From Candidatus Krumholzibacteriia bacterium (GTDB lineage Bacteria; Krumholzibacteriota; Krumholzibacteriia; LZORAL124-64-63), in NCBI GenBank assembly GCA_050174015.1, contig JBFXKG010000003.1, forward strand, positions 96,001 through 160,000: a stretch of DNA of 64,000 bases, given 5' to 3'. Below the pieces are notes generated by a model. The model was not told the DNA's origin and made no database searches. It was given only the letters and a program-made list of their open reading frames with translations. Of this stretch, positions 17,931-25,600 are shown in pieces. The position numbers and the translations under genes are program-made. Positions within the stretch are counted from its first letter, which is position 1. The number at the start of each line of letters is the position of its first letter.

Positions 17931-18539
17931 GTGACGCGGGGTGGCGGCGAGGGCGGCGATGGAGGCGAGCGCTCCCTGGTCGAGGGTCTGCAGGCGCATG
18001 ATCCGGCGGCCCGGACGGAGTTCTTCCACAAGGCGCACCACGCAGTCCATGCCCACGCCCGCCGGTTGACCCCGGACCCGGACCTGCAGAGGGACTGGGC
18101 CCACGACGCGCTCCTGCGCCTGGTCGAGGACGTGGAGCAAGGCCGTTTCGTCTACCGGGGGCCGGGTTCCTTCTGGGGCTGGTTCAGGGTCCGGGCTCCC
18201 TTCCTCCTGCTCGATTCCCTGCGGATCCGCAGGCGCCTGGAGGCGAGGGAAGGCCCCGGGAACGGAGAGGGCGACGAGTCCGCCGATGCCGTCGGGCTCG
18301 ACGATCCCTCCCTCGACCTGGAACGCCTCGAGATCCTGCACGCCGTCGAGACCTGCCTGCTGGCCATCGCCCACCAGGACCAGCGCCGGGCGCTCGACCT
18401 CCTGCTCTTCCACGACCTGACCTACGAGCAGATCGCCGAGGCCCTGGGCATCCCTCTCAACACCGTCCGCACCGACATCCGCCGCGGACGCCTCGCCCTG
18501 CGGGAGTGCCTGGTGCGGCGGCTGGAACTGGACCGATGA
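17931..18539 (+). CDS. ECF-family RNA polymerase sigma factor (module 1)
   Basis: GTG after GGAGGGG; region 2 (DWAHDALLRL...FWGWF) and region 4 HTH (LTYEQIAEALGIPLNTVRTDIRRGRLALR); extended -10-like TGcTAGGAT at 17831-17839. Confidence 0.9.
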   Translation: MTRGGGEGGDGGERSLVEGLQAHDPAARTEFFHKAHHAVHAHARRLTPDPDLQRDWAHDALLRLVEDVEQGRFVYRGPGSFWGWFRVRAPFLLLDSLRIRRRLEAREGPGNGEGDESADAVGLDDPSLDLERLEILHAVETCLLAIAHQDQRRALDLLLFHDLTYEQIAEALGIPLNTVRTDIRRGRLALRECLVRRLELDR

Positions 18540-18548
18540 ACGTTCGGC

Positions 18549-18579
18549 ATGAAACTCACGGGATCCCCGGTTCCGTCTT
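18549..18579 (+). promoter_or_regulatory. ECF-type promoter motif, module 1 copy A (upstream of anti-sigma)
   Basis: ATGAAACT-N17-CGTCTT; same motif and spacing as at 22204. Confidence 0.7.
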
Positions 18580-18597
18580 CAGGGCGGAGGTGCGGTG

Positions 18598-19365
18598 ATG
18601 AACAGCGATCATGGAAGGCTGCGCCGGCTGGTTCTGGGTTGCGAGGATCTGGAGGGCTCCCAGAGGGAGGAGGCCCTCGCTCACCTTGCGGAATGCCCGG
18701 ATTGCCGCCGGCTCCGCGAGCAGGTGCTGGCCGCCGAGGCTGTCATCCGTTCGGTGGAGCGCCTGCCGGAGGCCGAGCCCGCTCCGGACCCCGCGGCGAA
18801 AGCCAGCCTCGAGGCTCTGCTGGGGGCGGTGTCCGGGTCCCGGTTCACCGCCACCAGGGTGGTTCCCCTGGCATTGGCGGCCGCGCTTGCCCTGGTGGCC
18901 CTGGCGCCCCTGCTGGGACCGTCCAGCCCGGTGCGCGATCTCCAGGTGGGTTCGCCCCTGGTGCTCCGGGGGGATTCCGGCGCGGCGGCTGACCTGAGGC
19001 ACGGCGTGAGCTTCCGGCTGAACGAGGCCGGGTACCCCGTGTTGATCCACGTGGACGGCGCGGGGGATGCCCGCCTCCTCCATCCCCGGCAAGGGGAGGC
19101 GCCGGCCCTGTATCCCGAAGGTGAACTGGTCTTCCTGCCGCGGCCGGGGGCGGCCGGGGACTGGCGGGAGAATCTTGCGCCCGGCTGCGAAACCTACGTC
19201 CTGGCGGTGATCGCGGCGGATGAGCCGCCGGAAGCGCAGTCCCTGGAGTCCTTCATCCTCAAGGCGTCCCCGGGTCCGCGCCGGGACGCGGTCGGGGACC
19301 TGCGCCGCCGCCTGAAGGACGTCTTCGGCAACGCCGCCGTCCGGGACGACCCGGATTGCCCCTGA
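18598..19365 (+). CDS. Membrane zinc-finger (zf-HC2/ZAS) anti-sigma factor with periplasmic beta domain (DUF4384-like)
   Basis: GGAGG RBS; C...HLAECPDC (HxxxCxxC); one TM helix; LVLRGD; directly downstream of the ECF sigma gene. Confidence 0.8.
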   Translation: MNSDHGRLRRLVLGCEDLEGSQREEALAHLAECPDCRRLREQVLAAEAVIRSVERLPEAEPAPDPAAKASLEALLGAVSGSRFTATRVVPLALAAALALVALAPLLGPSSPVRDLQVGSPLVLRGDSGAAADLRHGVSFRLNEAGYPVLIHVDGAGDARLLHPRQGEAPALYPEGELVFLPRPGAAGDWRENLAPGCETYVLAVIAADEPPEAQSLESFILKASPGPRRDAVGDLRRRLKDVFGNAAVRDDPDCP

Positions 19366-19469
19366 GGATCCCATCCCCTGGTTGAAATCCCGTTCTCCAT
19401 CCCTCGTTTCATGCTATGATCGGGGCTGTTCATCCGGGTCGAGAGGCGTCTCACCGAGGTCCAGCACCC

Positions 19470-22190
19470 ATGCGTCGGCCGGTTTGCCTGGTCCTGCTCC
19501 TCACCCTCGCCTTGACCGGTTCCGCCTTCGCCGTTCCGGCGGACACCGGCTCCCGCCTCGTTGAGCTGCGGGCCCGGGCCCTCCCCGATTCCGTCGAGAT
19601 CCTGGTCGCAGGGCTGTTGCCCGCCGCGCTGGCGGATGCCGATTCGGCCGCCTGCCGCCTCCTCTACCTGGAACGGGGCAAGACCCGGGTGGCGTACGGC
19701 AATCCCGCGACCGGCGAGACCGATCTGGTGGAAGCCCTGGCCCTGGCCGACGCCGCAGGCGAGGGGGGCGCGGGGCGGGAGGCGTTGCGCTACCTCGCGG
19801 AGGCCAGCCAGCAGCTCGGACGCCGGGACGAGGCCGCGGCGCGGTTCTCCGAACTGGAACGGCGGGCCCGGACGGCGGCCGACGACTTCCACACGGGGAA
19901 GGCCCTGTACGGGCTCGGCCGGCTGCAGTTCCGGCTGCGCGATCTTGCCGGGGCGGATTCCCTCTACTCACTGGCCTTGCCGTTCCTGGAGGCGTCGGGC
20001 GATTCGGCGGACCTGGCCCCGGTCTACAACGGCCTGGGCAACTGCCGGGTCGGGCGCGGCGCCTTCCGCGAAGCCCGGCTGATGTTCTCGCTGGCCGCCC
20101 GCATGGCCAGGGCAGGCGGGTCCCTTTCCCTGGAGGCCATGGCGACCAACAACCTCGCGGGCATCGAGATGACCCTGGGCGATCCGGCCGCCGCGGTGTC
20201 CGGATACCGCCGATCCCGCGACCTCCAGCGTGAACGCGGGCTGTGGCAACAGGTGGGTCCCCCCTGGCGCAACCTGGCCCTGGCCCTGATGGACATGGGC
20301 CGCTGGGACGAGGCGCGGGCCGAACTGGAGGAGTGCCTCGGTTTCTGCCGTGAGCGGGGGTTCGCCGACCAGGTTGCGGTCACGTCCATCCGCCTGGCGG
20401 AGGTGGACCTTGGTGCGGGCAGGCCGGATGAGGCCCTGATCCGCTGCCGGGAGTTGCTGGCTGATCCCGACACCCCCTTCGAGGTCGGGTGCAACGCGGG
20501 GATGCGGGGGGCCGAGGCCCTGCTGCGGCTCGGCCGCCCGGAAGAGGCCCTGGCCGAACTCGACGCCGTTGCGGCGAGGCTCCAGCAGGGGCGGGACTTC
20601 ACCCTGGAGATCATGCTGGCGATCGACCGGGGCCGCGTGCTGCGGGCCCTCGGCCGCCATGCGGAGGCGGTGGCCGTCCTGAGGGACGCCAGGGTCCAGG
20701 CGGCGGAGACCGGAGTCGCGGGCTACCGGCTGCTGCTGGTGACCGATGCGGCGGAATCCTGGTTCGCGCTCGGCGAGCGGGATTCGACGCGGGTCCTGCT
20801 GGCCGCAGCCGAAGATCTCTGGGAGCAGGACCGGGCCCTGCCCACCGATCCCCAGTGGCGGGAGCGGCGCGGAGCCGAGGCCCAGAAGCTTTTCGGGATC
20901 ATGACGGCCTCGCTGCTCCAGGAAGGGGACATCGCGGGCGCGTTCGCGGCGGTCCAGCGCTACAAGGCCCGCACCCTGCTGGAGCGCATGCTCGGACCTG
21001 GCGATGCCTTGCCTCCGGCCACGGACGTCCCGCCCCCGGTGTCCCTGGCCCGCCTTCGCGGGGAGGTCCTGGGGCCGGGGGAAATCCTGCTGGACGTCCT
21101 GGCGGGGACGGATCAGGGGCTGCTGTTCGCGGTGACCCGGGATACGTGCCTGGTGGTGGCGTTGCCCGGCGAGGACCGGTGGGAACAGGACCTGGCCCCT
21201 CTGCTCGCCTCGCTGGCCCATCCGTTCGGACCGTTCGACGGTGATGCGGGTGCGATCGTCGCATCACGGCTGGCCGGGCCGCCCGGCCAGGGGGTGGCGG
21301 AGGTGATCCGCACCGCCCGGACGATCTTCTTCAGCCCCGACGGGGGGCTGCACCGGCTGCCTCTGACCACGATCTTTCCGGAGGCCGACGTGCGCCGGCT
21401 GCCTTCGGCCACCATCCTCGCCCATCTGCGCGGGCGCGAGGCCGTTCCCGGGGATTCCGCCCGCATCCTCGCGATCGCCGGCCACGAGAACCCCGGGCGC
21501 CAGCGCCTGGCCGGAGCCGGCGCGGAGACGGCGTTCCTGGCCCGCAGGTTCGCCAACGTCACGGTTCCGGCGGGGGCCGGGGCCGATTCGGCCCTGTTCG
21601 GCGGGGAGGATCCGGGGAAGTTCGACCTGTTGCACCTGGCCTGCCACGGTGAGGTGGACCCGCAACGGCCCTGGAATTCGGCCCTGATGTTCGGGACGCC
21701 GGACGAACCGGTCGTCCTGCGGGCCGGCCGGATCGCGGGCCTGTCGCTGCAGGCGAAGCTCGCCGTCCTCTCCAGCTGCGAAAGCGCGGCGGGAGGGATC
21801 CTGGCGGGCGAGGGGATCCTGGGGCTGGGATCGGGATTCCTGGCGGCCGGGGTCCCGGCGGTGGTGGCCACCCTCTGGCCCGTGGATGACCAGGCCACGT
21901 CGCGTTTCTGCGAGGCGTTCTACGGGTCCCTGGCCAGCCAGGGCGTTCCCGCCCGGGCCCTGATCGAGGCCAGGTCGGCGCTCAGGAACGATCAGGCAAC
22001 CGCCCATCCCTTCTACTGGGCGGGATTCGTGCTGGTGGGGGATGGGGACGCCCCCGTCCGGATCGCCGGCCGTATGCCGACCCTCCTGCCCTTGTTGGGG
22101 CTGGCGGGGATCGCAACGGTCGGAGCCGCCGCGGGCTGGTCGTCGGTGCGGCGGAAGCGGAGGCCCGGCCGGGGGGCAGACGGCCCATGA
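19470..22190 (+). CDS. TPR-CHAT domain protease (caspase-like, clan CD) with signal peptide and C-terminal TM anchor (module 1)
   Basis: Signal MRRPVCLVLLLTLALTGSAFA; TPR array; CHAT motifs SPDGGLHRLP, HLACHG, LSSCES, ATLWPVDD and HPFYWAGF; hydrophobic tail + RRKRR. Confidence 0.9.
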   Translation: MRRPVCLVLLLTLALTGSAFAVPADTGSRLVELRARALPDSVEILVAGLLPAALADADSAACRLLYLERGKTRVAYGNPATGETDLVEALALADAAGEGGAGREALRYLAEASQQLGRRDEAAARFSELERRARTAADDFHTGKALYGLGRLQFRLRDLAGADSLYSLALPFLEASGDSADLAPVYNGLGNCRVGRGAFREARLMFSLAARMARAGGSLSLEAMATNNLAGIEMTLGDPAAAVSGYRRSRDLQRERGLWQQVGPPWRNLALALMDMGRWDEARAELEECLGFCRERGFADQVAVTSIRLAEVDLGAGRPDEALIRCRELLADPDTPFEVGCNAGMRGAEALLRLGRPEEALAELDAVAARLQQGRDFTLEIMLAIDRGRVLRALGRHAEAVAVLRDARVQAAETGVAGYRLLLVTDAAESWFALGERDSTRVLLAAAEDLWEQDRALPTDPQWRERRGAEAQKLFGIMTASLLQEGDIAGAFAAVQRYKARTLLERMLGPGDALPPATDVPPPVSLARLRGEVLGPGEILLDVLAGTDQGLLFAVTRDTCLVVALPGEDRWEQDLAPLLASLAHPFGPFDGDAGAIVASRLAGPPGQGVAEVIRTARTIFFSPDGGLHRLPLTTIFPEADVRRLPSATILAHLRGREAVPGDSARILAIAGHENPGRQRLAGAGAETAFLARRFANVTVPAGAGADSALFGGEDPGKFDLLHLACHGEVDPQRPWNSALMFGTPDEPVVLRAGRIAGLSLQAKLAVLSSCESAAGGILAGEGILGLGSGFLAAGVPAVVATLWPVDDQATSRFCEAFYGSLASQGVPARALIEARSALRNDQATAHPFYWAGFVLVGDGDAPVRIAGRMPTLLPLLGLAGIATVGAAAGWSSVRRKRRPGRGADGP

Positions 22191-22203
22191 AAATCAAGCC
22201 AGG

Positions 22204-22234
22204 ATGAAACTTGTTGAATTCCTCGATTCGTTTT
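22204..22234 (+). promoter_or_regulatory. ECF-type promoter motif, module 1 copy B (upstream of cargo operon)
   Basis: ATGAAACT-N17-CGTTTT, about 40 nt upstream of ATG 22274. Confidence 0.7.
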
Positions 22235-22273
22235 TGGTGTGAACCCGGTCACCCCTTCATCAGGAGACGCACC

Positions 22274-22684
22274 ATGAATCCCCGAAAGCTCTTGTCCTCG
22301 TGGCTGTTGATCACGGCCCTGTGCCTGGCGGGCTTCCCCGCCGGGGCCGAGTCCCCGCCCCCCCTGTCCCGGATCGTCGCAGCAGTCGAGCAGGCCGAGA
22401 CGGCCGAACTCGCGAGGCTGGATGCGGCCATCGCGGCGTCCGTCGACCGGGTGGAGATCCTCGATCTCCAGCGTTGCGCCGCTTACGTCAAGCTGGCCGG
22501 TCGCCTGGCGATTTGCGAGGGGCGGCTGGGGCGCGCCGGCGACGAGGGGGAGAAGGAACGGCTGGCCGGGACGGCCGCCAGGCTTCGCGCGGATCTGGAC
22601 AGGCAGGAGTTCGACCTGCCGGCCGGGTACCGGTACGATCCCCTGGCCCTCCTGAAGCAGGAGGTGCAGCCATGCGCCGAGTGA
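22274..22684 (+). CDS. Small exported helical hypothetical protein
   Basis: CAGGAG RBS; signal peptide ending AGA; 136 aa; overlaps the start of the next gene by 13 nt. Confidence 0.7.
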   Translation: MNPRKLLSSWLLITALCLAGFPAGAESPPPLSRIVAAVEQAETAELARLDAAIAASVDRVEILDLQRCAAYVKLAGRLAICEGRLGRAGDEGEKERLAGTAARLRADLDRQEFDLPAGYRYDPLALLKQEVQPCAE

Positions 22685-25600
22685 TCGTCCTGATCCTGCT
22701 GGCCCTCCTGGCGGCTGCAGTTCCCGCGGAGGCCACGGTCTCCCGCAACCCGATCAAGTTCCGGCTGGAGCGTCCCGAGCGGCTGCCCACCGCCGGCCGC
22801 GAATTCACGGTGACCCTGGTGGTCGAGGCCGGCCGAGCCGTCGAGGTCAGCGGCCTTCAACTTTCCGGGTCCGGCTGGGGCGCCATCCGCGTGGACGGCC
22901 CCGACGCCTTCGCGCTGGAGGCGGGAGAGTCCCGGCGCCTGGCCGTGCAGGCCGTGCCCAGGGAGGGATTCGGCAAGCTGGCGGTGACCGCCGAGGTCGA
23001 AGGCCGCACGGTGAAGAAGGCGTTCGACTTGTCGCGCGAGGCCTACGGCGGCATCCTGCCCAGCGACAGCGACCTGCTTCCGCCGCGCCGCCTGCTGCCC
23101 GCCGGCGGCGAGAAGTTCAAGACGGAGCCGAGCCTGACCCTGGCCGAGATGACCGGGATGGCGGTGGATGAATCCGCGCCGTCGGACGCCGGGGACAAGG
23201 CGTATCCCTGCACCGTCACCGGCAACCTCTGCTACTGGCACGGGACGCAGAACCGCTGGCTGCCCGCCTCGTTCGCCACGGTCTGGGTCTGGGTGTATCC
23301 CCCGACCGGCTTCTACTACTCGGTCGGGACCCAGAAGCTGGACGAGACCGGGGTCTTCTCCATCCAGATCCCCGACGGGGTGACCATCGCGCTGGCCTTC
23401 GCCGCCTCGAGCAACGCCGTGGTGGTCCAGGAGGACAACTTCGCCGAGGACAACTACGTCTGGACGACCGCCAGGGTGGACATCCCCGTGGGGATGACGC
23501 ATTACGACGCCGGGCCGATCTACCCAAGCCACCATCACGGCGCCCTGCACATCGTCGCGGACGTCACGTACGCCCACAACCAGTACCGGGATCTGGGCAT
23601 GGACCTGACCAAGATCGACGCCCAGTGGCCCGATGACGACGGCAGCTTCTACAACGACTACTTCGAGGAACTCCATTACGACCGTGGGGACGAATGGCAC
23701 GACGGGACGATCTGCCACGAGTACGGGCACTACTGGCATCACCAGTACGCCCACGAGGTCACGCACGACTACTGCAACGGGATCTGCGACGACGGCGACG
23801 ATTGCGGCCATTGTCTCTGGTGCCCCGAGGAGGACGAGGTCGCCTGGATCGAGGGCTGCGCCCAGATCCTCAGCCGCCTGTCCACGGACTACATCGAGGA
23901 CCGCGCTCTCTGGAAAGTGGTCCACTACGACATGGAGTCGGTCAATGACGATCCGAACTGCCCCTGGGACCCCTGGTACATCGAGAACGTGGTCGCGGGC
24001 GCGGCGTGGGACGTGATCGACAACGACCGGGGCACCGAGACCGACGCATTCGGGATCGACGCGCTCGGCACGGTGCTCTACGATCAGCTGGATCTCGATA
24101 CGATCGACATCCTCCGCATCATGACCGACAGCTGCGCCGTCGAAGGTCACCAGCCCTACCGGTGGCCGGGCCTGTTCCGCTGCGCGGCGGAGTACATCGA
24201 CGACCTCGGCCGGCCCGACGCCACCCGGGCGATGCTGTGGGAGACGCTCAAGAACTGGGACCTGGACATCGACGACCAGTCCCCGGGCGCCCCGCAGAAC
24301 CTGACCACGAGCTTCCCCATCAACACGCCCACGACCATCGCCCTGGGCGGATTCTACTGGGAGCCGGCGCCGGACGACATGTCGGGCGCAGGCGGCTACA
24401 GCGTCAGCCTGACCCAGAACGCTCCCGTCCTGCCGGATCACGTGGTGGACACGACCAAGCTCTGGTGGTGGCCGGACGATCCCCTGGCGCCCGGCACGTG
24501 GTACTTCACCGTCGTCGCCGTGGACCGGACGGGGAAGTGGAGCGGGGACTTCGCATCCTACGGCCCCATCATCATCGCGCCGCAGGGTCCGGCCGACCTC
24601 GAGCCGTACACGTACTCGGGCTGGACGGCGCCGGTCGTCCTGCGCAGCACCCTGGCCCCGGTCGCCCCCGATCCGGTCGTCCAGACCAACTTCATCCAGG
24701 GAAACAGCGTCTACTTCAACTGGGGGGCGATCAACACCGGCACCGGCTCCTCGGGCGTGTTCAAGGACGTGTTCTACGTGGACGGCGTCCCGGCCTACAC
24801 CTCCAACGGCCACTCGCTCAACATCGGGAACTCAAGCAGCTGGCGGAACCAGGGCCCGGTGGACCTGGGCGTGATCGGGCGGCACACCGTCTGGGTGGCG
24901 CTCGACGGGGAGGGCGTGGTCGCGGAATCGGACGAGGGCGACAACATGTACGCGAAGCAGTTCGTGTTCTCGGTCCCCGACCTGGATCTGGAGGAGACGA
25001 TCGTGCGTTCGGGAGGCCTGCCGGACGCCTATGCCGGAGCCGCCCACCTGTGGGGCGGGGGGACCTTCCATCCCAACTGCGACGGGTTCGATGTGGAACT
25101 CTGCCTGTTCCCGGAGGTTGTCTGGGCCGTGCCTCAGGATCCCAACGACGCCGTCGTCCTGCGCCTGCACACCGGCCAGACCGACCAGACGGGGTTCGGG
25201 GAGGATCTCGTCTCGTCGGCCAGCCTGCCCAACCGGGCGGCGGTCGTGATCCAGAATCCGGCTGAGACCATGATGACCGACTACGCCGTCAGCGTCATGG
25301 ACCAGGAGGATGCGGGCGCGGCCTACACCATCCACCGTGAACTGGGGCTGATGTTCGCCCTGCCGGACACCCTGCCCGGCGTGCTGGACGCGAACGATTG
25401 CCTCGACTTCTACTACACCTACAACGACCTCGGCCGGAACGCGTGGTTCTCGGTGAAGGTGGCCAACGGGGGCGGCAGCTCCCTCCGGATGCGCTTCTAC
25501 GATCCTGATTTCGCCATGGGCACCCTGGCCGATGCCGACCTGACTCTCACCTGTGCGGCCGAGGACACGGTCGTCCACAGCCTCCTCCTCGAACCCGGCA

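Noticed and set aside
19382..19410. TTGAAATC...CGTTTC upstream of CHAT1 as a third module-1 ECF promoter
   Set aside because: The -35 mismatches and the spacer is 2 nt shorter than in the two matched copies; a nearby TGcTATGAT extended -10 explains expression better.
17931..22190. CRISPR type III-E (Craspase) or other anti-phage locus suggested by CHAT + sigma
   Set aside because: No cas genes, repeat-spacer array or SAVED/CARF domains; the CHAT proteins are exported and membrane-anchored, which fits envelope signalling better.
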